DNA of 63,310 bases, filler included, from Eubacteriales bacterium (GTDB taxonomy: Bacteria; Bacillota; Clostridia; Oscillospirales; CAG-382), in the NCBI GenBank assembly GCA_045636665.1. It is 7 parts of 7 records of this genome, joined end to end, with 100 filler letters (N's around TTAATTAATTAA, not from the genome) between each part and the next. Parts side by side here need not be neighbours in the genome. Positions count along the whole stretch, not along the records: positions 1 to 12,128 come from JAZTXY010000101.1; 6 more parts are not named here. One strand, written 5' to 3'. Made by a program: the position numbers and the translations under genes. The notes beneath the pieces were generated by a model that saw nothing but the letters and a program-made list of their open reading frames with translations, was not told the origin of the DNA and did not search any database. Shown piece by piece: positions 1-9,376 of this stretch (positions within the stretch are counted from its first letter, which is position 1; every line of letters starts with the position of its first letter).

Positions 1-951
1 GCCCAAAAGAATTTTTTCGGCAGGAATACGCGTCAACGCATAATCGACAACCTCGCGCACAGGCTTTATCGGCGAAACCGCCATCGGAGGGCCGTAGGTA
101 TAGCCCCATTCGTAGGTCATAAGCAAAACGGCGTCCGCCGCCTCGCCCAAAAGCGCGTAATCGTGTCCCTCGTAAAGCGCGCCTTGTTGATCGTCGGAGG
201 TCTTTGGCGCAAGCGCGGTCATAACACCAAATCCGTAGGGGCGCAATCTTTCGCGGCAATAGGCAATAAATTCGGCATACCGAACGGCATTCGCCGCGCC
301 AAGAAATTCAAAATCCACGTCAAGTGAAGTATAACCCTTATTGAGCATATTTGCAATAACCGAATCGAGTAATTTTTGTTGAATTTCCGCAGAATTAAAA
401 AGCGTTTCCGCCAATTCGACCGAAAAATTATCGTTTTCGGTAAGGGTCGAAAGGTGCATTATCGGCTCGGTTCCGTATTGAACGGCAAGCGATATCATCG
501 CCTCGTCATCGGGTGAAATAAGAGTTCCGTCGGCGCGGAAGCCATAGGTAAACGGCATTAACGCCGACATAAACGGCAAAGCACGGCGAAGAAGCGAATT
601 GCTTACGAACGGATAAGCATAACCGCCGGTCGCGTAATCGCCCAAAACTTCGCGCTCGACGGTTATATAAAGCGTTTGACCGATGCTTATTGACGGCAGA
701 CCGTTTAAAAACAGATTTGCGCGGTAGATATCGTTTTCGGTAACACCGTACAGCTCGGCTATCGAAAAAAGCGTTTCGCCGCTTTGCACGGTATGCGTAA
801 TTATCGGCTCAACTATTGCAATCGGCTGACCGACGGGAAGACGAAGCGGATCGGCAACGTCGTTGTTAAAGGCGAGCACCGAAGCGTCGACGCCGTAACT
901 GTTCGCGATTGAAAAAAGCGTTTCGCCGCTTGTTACGGTATGTATTTGCAT
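1..951 (-). CDS. LysM-LysM-GH18 spore peptidoglycan hydrolase (YaaH/SleL-like), 3' end runs off the window
   Basis: Not in the ORF track; translated by hand from the ATG at 951 (SD AAGGAGAGG): MQIHTVTSGETLFSIANSYGV...THTVQSGETLFSIAELYGV (two LysM domains), the GH18 motif LDVDFE, and LMTYEWGYTYGPPMAVSPI. Confidence 0.9.
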   Translation of the reverse strand, partial: MQIHTVTSGETLFSIANSYGVDASVLAFNNDVADPLRLPVGQPIAIVEPIITHTVQSGETLFSIAELYGVTENDIYRANLFLNGLPSISIGQTLYITVEREVLGDYATGGYAYPFVSNSLLRRALPFMSALMPFTYGFRADGTLISPDDEAMISLAVQYGTEPIMHLSTLTENDNFSVELAETLFNSAEIQQKLLDSVIANMLNKGYTSLDVDFEFLGAANAVRYAEFIAYCRERLRPYGFGVMTALAPKTSDDQQGALYEGHDYALLGEAADAVLLMTYEWGYTYGPPMAVSPIKPVREVVDYALTRIPAEKILLG

Positions 952-1023
952 AATATCCCTCTCCTTCCTTGCAAAATATTGCAAATTTTGGTGTATTTAT
1001 GGGTGTAAATGGTCGCGAATATC

Positions 1024-1060
1024 TTGATTTTCAAACCTTTTTGTGGTATTATGTTATAAT
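1024..1060 (+). promoter_or_regulatory. sigma-A type promoter(s) for argS
   Basis: TTGATT-N17-TATTAT (1024-1052) plus an overlapping extended -10 TGtTATAAT (1052-1060). Confidence 0.55.
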
Positions 1061-1126
1061 CATAATTATAACAAATTTTAAGTATGCGAAGCATCGCTTC
1101 GCTTTGGAAAGTAGAGCTTAAAAGAT

Positions 1127-2824
1127 ATGAACGATATCAAAACGAGTATATGCGAGCGTGTCAGCGCTTATGTTACCGCAAATGGCGCAAATCTTTCGGT
1201 CGAGGAAGCACTTGCTTTTTTGGAAACTCCCTCCGACAGTAAGCTTGGCGACCTTGCGCTTCCCTGCTTTAAGCTTTCAAAGCTTCTTCGCTCGCGTCCC
1301 GACGGAATCGCAAGCGAATTGAAGGGTGAATTTGACGGCTTTGAAGGACTCCAAAAGGTTGAAGCCGTTGGCGGTTACCTTAACTTCTTCTTCGGCAGCG
1401 CGAAATATTTAACCGACCTTAACACTCTTATCAAGGACGAATATCCCACTCTTGACGAATACGGCAAGGGCAAAATCATAGTTCTCGACTTCTCGTCGCC
1501 CAATATTGCAAAGCGCTTCCATTTGGGACACCTCGGCACTACCGTTATCGGTAACGCGGTTCGCAATATTTATAAGGCGTGCGGTTACAAAACCGTTGCG
1601 CTTAACTATCTCGGCGACTGGGGTACTCAAAACGGCAAGCAAATAGTTGCGTTTAAGAAATGGTCGAGCCGCGAACGCCTTGAAAGCGAAGGCATTAAGG
1701 AGCTTGAACGTATTTACGTTATGTTCGGCAAGGAAGCCGAAAACGACCCCTCGCTTAACGACCAAGCACGCGCGGCATTCCGCGAATTGGAAAACGGCAA
1801 CGAGGAATATCTTGAAATCTGGCGTCTTTTCAAGGATATTTCGATGCGCGAATACACCCAAACCTATAAGAGATTGGGTATTGAATTCGACGTTTGGGAC
1901 GGCGAAAGCCTTTATACCGACAAAATGCCCGCAATAGTAGACGAATTAAGAGAAAAAGAGCTTCTTAAAATCGACGACGGCGCGTCGATTGTTGACCTTT
2001 CGGAATGGAATATGCCCCCTGCGCTTATCCTCAAGCGCGACGGCAGTACCCTTTACCCCACCCGCGACATTGCGGCGGCTAATTACAGATATAACACCTA
2101 TAAATTCGATAAATGCGCCTAAGTTACAAGCGCAGGTCAATCGCTTCACTTCGCACAGTGGTTCAAGGTTACCGAAATGATGGGCAAGGATTGGTCGAAG
2201 GACCTCGTTCACATCCCTTACGGCACAATGAGCTTCGGCGGTGAAAAGCTTGCGTCGCGTACCGGTAACATCATTCTTCTTAACGACGTTTTTGACGAAG
2301 CTGTTGCAAAGGCAAGAGCGATTATCGAGGAAAAGAACGTTGCAAACGGCAACAAGGAAGAAATTTCCGAGGCTGTCGGCATCGGCGCGGTCGTATTCAG
2401 CGCACTCGCAAACGGCCGTATCAAGGATACCAACTTCACTTGGGAAGGCACTCTTTCGTTTGAAGGAAACACCGGACCTTACGTTCAATATACCTATGCG
2501 CGCGCGGCAAGCGTTCTTCGCAGAGGTGAAATGAAGGGCGGATATGAAAGCTATTCTCCCGAAAGCGCAGAAACCGAGCTTATCCGCAAATTGAGCGAAT
2601 TTGCCGACACTGTCATCCGTTCCGCAGAGGAATACGAGCCGAGCATCGTTTCGCGCTTTGCGCTTAACGTATGTACTCTGTTCAACCAATTCTACCACAA
2701 CTGCCGTATTCTCGGCTCGGGCGGTGAAACCGAACAGTTCCGTCTTGCGCTTACCGCTGCAACGAGAAATATTCTCGGCAGATGCCTTGATTTGCTCGGC
2801 ATCAAGAGAACCGAGGAGATATAA
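1127..2824 (+). CDS. argS: Arginine--tRNA ligase, interrupted by one in-frame TAA at 2120-2122
   Basis: ORFs 1127-2122 and 2177-2824 are in the same frame; FSSPNIAKRFHLGH (HIGH motif), LYPTRDIA, GNTGPYVQYTYAR; reading across the stop gives DKCA*VTSAGQSLHFAQWFKV. Confidence 0.93.
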
Positions 2825-2967
2825 GACGCTTCGCTTTCGACGCAAAACGCAAGCGTTTTGGTCGGTTTTTAGATGTCCGTGCGCTCGCGCCTCACTCACC
2901 GTTCGCGGACATCATATGTATATTTTTCGAGGCGCATGTCCCCGAAAAATATGTTAAATTTATTGTA
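2821..2967. ncRNA. Structured three-hairpin element, copy 1 (RNA or ssDNA motif; possibly Clostridiales-1-like)
   Basis: Stems 2838-2864, 2872-2913 and 2920-2952; leader, loops and tail AAATTTATTGTA shared with copy 2. Confidence 0.7.
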
Positions 2968-2986
2968 AAAATACTGCGTGTTTTGA

Positions 2987-3131
2987 ATAATCGCTGCGCT
3001 CTCCATTGAAATCCGAGGATTTCAATGGGTTTAGTGAGATTCGTTCGCTCGCGCCACGCTCACCGCGTGCGAATCTCTAAGGTATAAAAATCCACGCACA
3101 TGTCGCGGATTTTTATAAGAAATTTATTGTA
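2987..3131. ncRNA. Structured three-hairpin element, copy 2
   Basis: Stems 3003-3028, 3036-3077 and 3083-3117; same loops as copy 1 with different but fully paired stems. Confidence 0.7.
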
Positions 3132-3172
3132 TATTTAGGTTATAATTATCTGTTTTAAAGGAGATACACGAT

Positions 3173-3895
3173 ATGTCCGGACATTCCAAATGGAAGAATA
3201 TAATGCACAAAAAGGAAAAGACCGACGCTCAACGCGCAAAGGTTTTTACTAAAATAGGCAAGGAGATTGCGATTGCAGTACGCGACGGCGGTCCCGAACC
3301 CACCTCGAACACTCGCTTGCGCGACCTTATTGCAAAGGCAAAGAGCCTTAACGTGCCCAACGATAACATCGACAGAGTTATCAAAAAGGCGTCGGGCGCA
3401 GACAGCGTTCAATACGAGGTTATCACCTACGAAGGATACGGCCCCGGCGGTGTTGCCGTTATCGTTGAATCGGCAACCGACAACCGCAACCGTACCGCAG
3501 GCGACGTGCGCCATTACTTCGACAAGTTCGGCGGTAATTTGGGCACAAGCGGATGCGTTTCCTATATGTTTGCCGAAAAGGGCGTTGTCGTTGTTTCGGG
3601 CATTAAGGATGAAGACGAATTTATGGAAGCTGCTCTTGATGCGGGCGCGCTTGATTTTACGAGCGAGGACGGTCACGGCGAGGTGTTCACCGACGTAAGC
3701 GAGCTTTCTTCGGTACGCGAAGCGCTTGAAGCAAAGGGCTACACCATTGAATCGGCTGACCCCGAAAAGATTCCCGCAAACTACGTGCGCCTTGACGACG
3801 AAGACCAAATCAAGATGATGAACCGTCTTCTCGAAGCGCTTGAGGACAACGACGACGTTACCGAGGTTTGGCACAACTGGGACGACGAAGAATAA
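3173..3895 (+). CDS. yebC: YebC/PmpR family protein
   Basis: MSGHSKWKNI start, YEGYGPGG, TDNRNRT, DDVTEVWHN. Confidence 0.96.
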   Translation: MSGHSKWKNIMHKKEKTDAQRAKVFTKIGKEIAIAVRDGGPEPTSNTRLRDLIAKAKSLNVPNDNIDRVIKKASGADSVQYEVITYEGYGPGGVAVIVESATDNRNRTAGDVRHYFDKFGGNLGTSGCVSYMFAEKGVVVVSGIKDEDEFMEAALDAGALDFTSEDGHGEVFTDVSELSSVREALEAKGYTIESADPEKIPANYVRLDDEDQIKMMNRLLEALEDNDDVTEVWHNWDDEE

Positions 3896-3896
3896 T

Positions 3897-4478
3897 ATGA
3901 ACCGAAGAATCGGTATTTTCGGAGGAACCTTTAATCCGATACACAAGGCGCATTTTGAAATAGCTTTGGCTTTTATCGAAAAATTTTCGCTTGACCTTTT
4001 ATACGTTATACCGAACAATATTCCCCCAATGAAGGAATCGCACGGTGTTTCGGGAATCGAACGCTTGGAAATGCTTGAAATTGCATTTTCGGGGCAAGAT
4101 AAGGTTATTGTAAGCGATACCGAAATAAAACGCGGCGGTATGAGCTACACGCGCGACACTGTTGCCGAATTAAAGGAAAAGCATAATAACGGCGAGCTGT
4201 TTTTGCTTATCGGCGACGATTGGATTGACAGATTCGACAAATGGAAGGATTACAAATTTATTCTCGATAACGCAAATCTTGTTATCGCCTACCGAAACGA
4301 AAGAGATATTTCGGAATCGGTCAAGCGGTTAAGAAACGCCTCGGAGAAGGAAATTTACCTTCTTGAAAACAAAAGAATCGAGCTTTCCTCCACAAATTTA
4401 AGAACCACACCGAAAAAGGAATTACTCCCGAACGGAGTTTTCGACTATATACAAAAAAGGGGGCTTTACGGAATATGA
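3897..4478 (+). CDS. nadD: Nicotinate-nucleotide adenylyltransferase
   Basis: GIFGGTFNPIHKAH, SYTRDT, LLIGDD, LSST; start moved to the ATG at 3897. Confidence 0.93.
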   Translation: MNRRIGIFGGTFNPIHKAHFEIALAFIEKFSLDLLYVIPNNIPPMKESHGVSGIERLEMLEIAFSGQDKVIVSDTEIKRGGMSYTRDTVAELKEKHNNGELFLLIGDDWIDRFDKWKDYKFILDNANLVIAYRNERDISESVKRLRNASEKEIYLLENKRIELSSTNLRTTPKKELLPNGVFDYIQKRGLYGI

Positions 4479-5083
4479 CCGATGCAAATGCGATTTTATC
4501 GGCAATGACGATTTCGGAGCGCAGACTGAAGCACACGCTCGGCGTTGCGGAAGCGGCAAAAGAGATTGCAAAAACGCACTTCCCCGCGCTTGACCTTAAG
4601 CAGGTCGAGCTTGCGGCTCTTATGCACGATTTTACAAAGGAATATCCGTATGAGCGCCAATTGGAGCTTTGCGCGAAATATTCGGTCGAGCTGACCGACG
4701 AGGAAAAAAACAATCCCAAGCTTTTACACGCCAAGACCGCGGCAATGATCGCAAGCGACAGATTTTCGCTTTCGACCGAAATATGCAACGCCGTTTATTG
4801 GCACACGACGGGAAAACCCGCAATGTCGCCGCTTGAGATTGTAATTTACCTTGCCGATTATATCGAGGAATTCCGCGATGATCCTTCTTGTGTCAGATTG
4901 CGTGAGTTTTACAAAAAAGCGTTATCCAAGGAATTGGATAAAAACGACGCGCTTAACAAAACGCTTGTAAAATCGTTTGACACGACGATAAAGCATCTTA
5001 TTTCGGAAGAGCAAACGATTTGCAAGGATACGTTTGAAGCAAGAAATTATTACATTAATCAGCTTAGAGCGTTTAATTTTTAA
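4475..5083 (+). CDS. yqeK: HD-domain Ap4A hydrolase YqeK
   Basis: RLKHTLGV, ALMHDFTK, LLHAK, HTTG, ADYIE; canonical nadD-yqeK-rsfS order. Confidence 0.9.
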   Translation: MTDANAILSAMTISERRLKHTLGVAEAAKEIAKTHFPALDLKQVELAALMHDFTKEYPYERQLELCAKYSVELTDEEKNNPKLLHAKTAAMIASDRFSLSTEICNAVYWHTTGKPAMSPLEIVIYLADYIEEFRDDPSCVRLREFYKKALSKELDKNDALNKTLVKSFDTTIKHLISEEQTICKDTFEARNYYINQLRAFNF

Positions 5084-5106
5084 GCGCTTCGCGAAAGGAT
5101 AAAAAT

Positions 5107-5487
5107 ATGAAAGACGAAAGAACCCAAATCGAGCGAGCAAAAGAGATAGCAATGCTTGCCGCAAGCACTCTTGACAACAAGAAGGGCATGGACGTAACGA
5201 CGCTTGAGGTCGGTGAACAAACCATACTTGCCGATTATTTCGTACTCGCAACGGGTACCTCGAACACCCACGTCCGCGCACTTGCCGACGAAGTGGAATT
5301 CAAGCTTCGCGAGGAGCTTAACGTTGAACCGACGCACGTCGAAGGCGCATCGGGCAACGCTTGGACACTTTTGGACTACGGTTGCGTTGTTATTCACGTT
5401 TTCACCTCGCAGGCGCGCGATTTTTATAAGCTTGAGCGACTTTGGAGCGGAAACGAAATTAAATTCGAAGGCGGTACTGAAGAATGA
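5107..5487 (+). CDS. rsfS: Ribosome silencing factor
   Basis: ADYFVLATGTS, WTLLDYGCVVIHVF, RDFYKLERLW. Confidence 0.95.
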   Translation: MKDERTQIERAKEIAMLAASTLDNKKGMDVTTLEVGEQTILADYFVLATGTSNTHVRALADEVEFKLREELNVEPTHVEGASGNAWTLLDYGCVVIHVFTSQARDFYKLERLWSGNEIKFEGGTEE

Positions 5488-7892
5488 AGCACGAATTCAG
5501 AGATATAGAAAAGAAATGGCAGGATAAATGGGACGAAGCCAAAATTTTCGAAGCGGCAGACCCCGGTCAGCCCGGCAGCGAAAAGCAAAAGTTTTTGGCG
5601 CTTGTTGAATTCCCCTATCCCAGCGGCGCAGGTATGCACGTCGGTCACATCAAGGCATATTCCGGCCTTGAAGTAATCTCGCGCAAGAAGCGTATGGAGG
5701 GATACAACGTAATGTTCCCCATGGGCTTTGACGCTTTCGGTCTTCCCACCGAAAACTACGCTATTAAAACCGGTATGCATCCGAGAGCGGTTACCGACAA
5801 GAACATTGAAAAATTCACAAGCCAGTTAAAGCGCGTCGGCTTTGCGTTTGACTGGTCGAGAGTTGTTGATACCACCGACGTTGATTACTACAAGTGGACT
5901 CAATGGATATTCCTTAAGATGTTCGAAAACGGACTTGTTTTCCGTGACACCGCTTTGGTAAACTACTGCCCCGAATGTAAGGTTGTTCTTTCCAACGAGG
6001 ACTCGCAGGGCGGTAAGTGCGACATCTGCCACAGCGACATCGTTCAAAAGTCGAAGGACGTTTGGTATTTACGCATTACCGAATATGCCGACAAGCTTTT
6101 GACAGGTCTTGAAGAGGTAGATTACCTTCCCAACATAAAGCAACAGCAGGTAAACTGGATCGGTAAATCCGAAGGCGCTTTCGTTAACTTTGCGCTTTGC
6201 GGCAAGGACGAAAAGCTTCGCATTTACACAACCCGTCCCGACACTCTGTTCGGCGTTACCTTTATGGTTATGGCGCCCGAGCATCCTTTGATCGATAAAT
6301 ACGCAGACGGTATTAAGAATATGGATGCCGTTGAAGCATATCGCGCAGAATGTGCAAAGAAGACCGAATTCGAGCGTACACAGCTCGTTAAGGAAAAGAC
6401 CGGCGTTCGTTTGGACGGATTAACGGCTATCAACCCCATCAACGGCAAGGAAATTCCCATTTACATCGCCGATTACGTAATGATGGGCTACGGCACCGGC
6501 GCGATTATGGCAGTGCCTGCGCTCGACGGCCGCGACTGGGAATTTGCAAAGAAATTCGGCATTGACATTATCGAGGTCATCAAGGGCGGCGATATTGAGC
6601 AGGAAGCATACACCGGCGACGGCGAAATGGTAAATTCGGGCTTCCTTAACGGCTTTACCAATAAAAAGGATTCTATCCGCCGCGCGATTGAAGAGCTTGA
6701 AAAGCTCGGCTGCGGCGAAGGCGGCGTTCAATATAAGATGAAGGACTGGGCGTTCAACCGTCAGCGTTATTGGGGCGAGCCCATTCCGATAGTTCACTGT
6801 GAAAAGTGCGGTATGGTTGCAGTTCCTTATAACGAGCTTCCTCTCCGTCTTCCCGATATGGACGAATTTGCACCCGGTCAGGGCGGCGAATCGCCTTTGG
6901 CAAGAATCGAATCCTACGTAAACTGCAAGTGCCCGAAGTGTGGCGGCGATGCCAAGCGCGAAACCGACACTATGCCTCAGTGGGCAGGCTCCTCGTGGTA
7001 CTTCCTCCGCTATTGCGACCCGCACAACAGCGATGAATTCGCAAATGCCGAAAAGCTTAAATATTGGCTTCCCATCGACTGGTACAACGGCGGTATGGAG
7101 CACGTAACCCGTCACATGATCTATTCCCGCTTCTGGCATAAGTTCCTTTACGACCTCGGACTCGTTCCGGTTTCCGAACCCTATGCAAAGCGTACCGCGC
7201 AGGGACTTATTCTCGGTCCCGACGGCGAAAAGATGAGTAAATCCAAGGGTAACGTAGTTGACCCCAACGACGTTGTTGACGAATACGGCGCAGACGTATT
7301 GCGTACCTACACCCTCTTTATGGGCGATTACGCATCTGCCGCACCTTGGTCGCAAAGCAGTGTGAGAGGCTGCAAGCGTTTCCTTGAACGCTTTGCCGCG
7401 CTCGACGAAATGCTCGGCGCAAAGAACGACAAGCTCGTTCGTTTGCTCCACAAGACGATTAAAAAGGTTACAAGCGATATCGACGGCATGAAGTTCAACA
7501 CGGCTATCGCCGCAATGATGAGCTTTATGAACGAAATTTACGAAATCGGCTCGATCGACAAGGAAAGCCTTAAGGCACTCACCAAGCTTCTTTCTCCGTT
7601 TGCTCCGCATATCTGCGAAGAAATGTGGGTATCGCTTGGCGAAAAGGGCTTCTGCTCGACCGCAAAATGGCCTGAATACGATGAAGCTCTTACCGTTGAC
7701 GACGAAAAGGAAATCGCAGTTCAGGTTTGCGGTAAGCTTAAGGGCGTAATCGTTATCCCCGCAGGCGCCGAAGAGGATGCCGTTTGGGAAATTATCCAAG
7801 CAAACGAAGGCATTATGCAGTCGCTTGAGGGCAAGCAGATTATTAAGAAGATCTATATCAAAGATAAAATTTTCAACATAGTTGCAAAATAG
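5484..7892 (+). CDS. leuS: Leucine--tRNA ligase
   Basis: FPYPSGAGMHVGH, YTTRPDT editing motif, RQRYWGEPIP, KMSKS. Confidence 0.97.
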   Translation: MKHEFRDIEKKWQDKWDEAKIFEAADPGQPGSEKQKFLALVEFPYPSGAGMHVGHIKAYSGLEVISRKKRMEGYNVMFPMGFDAFGLPTENYAIKTGMHPRAVTDKNIEKFTSQLKRVGFAFDWSRVVDTTDVDYYKWTQWIFLKMFENGLVFRDTALVNYCPECKVVLSNEDSQGGKCDICHSDIVQKSKDVWYLRITEYADKLLTGLEEVDYLPNIKQQQVNWIGKSEGAFVNFALCGKDEKLRIYTTRPDTLFGVTFMVMAPEHPLIDKYADGIKNMDAVEAYRAECAKKTEFERTQLVKEKTGVRLDGLTAINPINGKEIPIYIADYVMMGYGTGAIMAVPALDGRDWEFAKKFGIDIIEVIKGGDIEQEAYTGDGEMVNSGFLNGFTNKKDSIRRAIEELEKLGCGEGGVQYKMKDWAFNRQRYWGEPIPIVHCEKCGMVAVPYNELPLRLPDMDEFAPGQGGESPLARIESYVNCKCPKCGGDAKRETDTMPQWAGSSWYFLRYCDPHNSDEFANAEKLKYWLPIDWYNGGMEHVTRHMIYSRFWHKFLYDLGLVPVSEPYAKRTAQGLILGPDGEKMSKSKGNVVDPNDVVDEYGADVLRTYTLFMGDYASAAPWSQSSVRGCKRFLERFAALDEMLGAKNDKLVRLLHKTIKKVTSDIDGMKFNTAIAAMMSFMNEIYEIGSIDKESLKALTKLLSPFAPHICEEMWVSLGEKGFCSTAKWPEYDEALTVDDEKEIAVQVCGKLKGVIVIPAGAEEDAVWEIIQANEGIMQSLEGKQIIKKIYIKDKIFNIVAK

Positions 7893-7901
7893 GAGGCAAA
7901 A

Positions 7902-8624
7902 ATGGATACCATTAAAATTAACAAAGGCGATGCTCTTGTAGTCGCTCACAGAGGTCTTTCGGGTATTGAAAGAGAAAACACCGCGGCGGCATTCGTAGCG
8001 GCAGGCAACAGAAGCTATTTCGGTATTGAAACCGACGTTCGCGTTACCGCAGACGGCAACTTCATCCTTCTCCACGACAACGATGCTATTCGTTGCGGCG
8101 GCGACAACATTATTCCCGAACAGTCCACTCTCCAAACCATTCAATCTGTCCAGCTTTTCGAAAAGAACGGCGAACGCGGCAGAGTTGACCTCCGCATCCC
8201 CACAATGACCGATTACCTTCGTATCTGCAAGTGCTACGACAAGGTTTGCGTTCTTGAATTCAAGGGCTACTTCAGCGAAGAAAATATGGTTAAGGTAGTT
8301 GACATCGTAAAAGCTGAATACTGCCTCGAAAAGATGATTTTCATCTCCTTCTCGTTTGAAAACCTTGTAAATCTCCGCAACGTTTGCCCCGAAGCACGTT
8401 GCCAATTCCTCACCGGCAAGCTTGATGAAGGTCTTATCGACCGCCTTGTTGAACACAAATTCGACCTCGATATCTGGTATGGCGCCTTCACCGAAGAAGC
8501 ACAGGTTCGTGAATTTCTCGACAGAGGCATCGAGGTTAACGTTTGGACCGTCGACAATAAGGACGATGCAGAAAGACTTATTTCTTGGGGCGTTCAGTAC
8601 GTAACAAGTAACATCCTCGAATAA
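7902..8624 (+). CDS. Glycerophosphodiester phosphodiesterase (GDPD family)
   Basis: VAHRG, ENT, IETDV, LLHD, VWTVD. Confidence 0.9.
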   Translation: MDTIKINKGDALVVAHRGLSGIERENTAAAFVAAGNRSYFGIETDVRVTADGNFILLHDNDAIRCGGDNIIPEQSTLQTIQSVQLFEKNGERGRVDLRIPTMTDYLRICKCYDKVCVLEFKGYFSEENMVKVVDIVKAEYCLEKMIFISFSFENLVNLRNVCPEARCQFLTGKLDEGLIDRLVEHKFDLDIWYGAFTEEAQVREFLDRGIEVNVWTVDNKDDAERLISWGVQYVTSNILE

Positions 8625-8642
8625 TCTAAAGCGTTAAGCTTT

Positions 8643-8676
8643 AAAAAGCTCTCGGACAAAGCTCCGAGAGCTTTTT
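8643..8676. terminator. Intrinsic terminator (symmetric A/T flanks)
   Basis: AAAAAGCTCTCGGA-caaagc-TCCGAGAGCTTTTT. Confidence 0.85.
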
Positions 8677-8728
8677 GATTACAACTTGATAACAAAGTTG
8701 GAACATACTGATATAAAGGGGTGACTTT

Positions 8729-9376
8729 ATGGCAAAGATTCTTATTGCAGAAGACGAAAAGGCGATTAATGACCTAATCCGTATAAATCTCACGTTGGCA
8801 GGATACGAATGCAAGCAGGTGTTCGACGGAGAAGAAGCTTTGAATATGGCGTTTGAAAACAAATTTGACCTTATTTTGCTTGACGTGATGCTTCCGAAGC
8901 TTTCGGGGTTTGAAATAATACGGGAATTAAAGGGCACGCCCGTAATATTTGTAACGGCGCGGTCGACCGTATCGGACCGATTAAAGGGTCTTAAGCTCGG
9001 CGCAGACGACTATATCGTAAAGCCGTTTGAAATGCTTGAGCTTATCGAGCGTGTAAAGGCGGTGCTCAGACGCACCAAGGGCGAAACGCGACAATTTGAA
9101 TTTGACGATATTTGCATACACCTTGACGACAGACGGGTGTTTAAAAACGGCATCGAGATTGCGCTTAAGCCAAAGGAATACGATTTGCTTGAAGCATTCA
9201 TAAACAACCGCAATATTGCGTTATCGCGCGAGAAGCTGATAAGCTTGGTTTGGGATTTTGATTACGAGGGAGATACCCGTACCGTAGACGTACACGTGCA
9301 ACAGCTACGCAGAAAGCTGGGGCTGTCCGAACGAATCCAAACGGTATATAAAACGGGTTATCGGCTTCAGCTATGA
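8729..9376 (+). CDS. OmpR/PhoB family response regulator
   Basis: AEDE, LLDVMLP, GADDYIVKPF, winged helix RTVDVHVQQLRRKL. Confidence 0.95.
   Translation: MAKILIAEDEKAINDLIRINLTLAGYECKQVFDGEEALNMAFENKFDLILLDVMLPKLSGFEIIRELKGTPVIFVTARSTVSDRLKGLKLGADDYIVKPFEMLELIERVKAVLRRTKGETRQFEFDDICIHLDDRRVFKNGIEIALKPKEYDLLEAFINNRNIALSREKLISLVWDFDYEGDTRTVDVHVQQLRRKLGLSERIQTVYKTGYRLQL

Noticed and set aside
1061..1126. T-box riboswitch upstream of argS
   Set aside because: The leader is only ~65 nt from the -10 box to the ATG, with no T-box consensus or terminator.
2120..2122. Genome-wide TAA-to-Tyr stop codon reassignment
   Set aside because: TAA ends many full-length genes here (argS itself, yebC, dnaK, purD), and this is the only internal TAA I found.
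2821..3131. CRISPR array or tRNA
   Set aside because: Only two long units, with variable stems rather than identical repeats plus spacers; no cas genes and no cloverleaf.
6420..8456. Long antisense ORFs (678 aa here; also 19618-21030, 21451-23043, 25223-27115, 37284-38957)
   Set aside because: They are mirror frames of genes with strong codon bias and have no recognisable motifs or SD sites.
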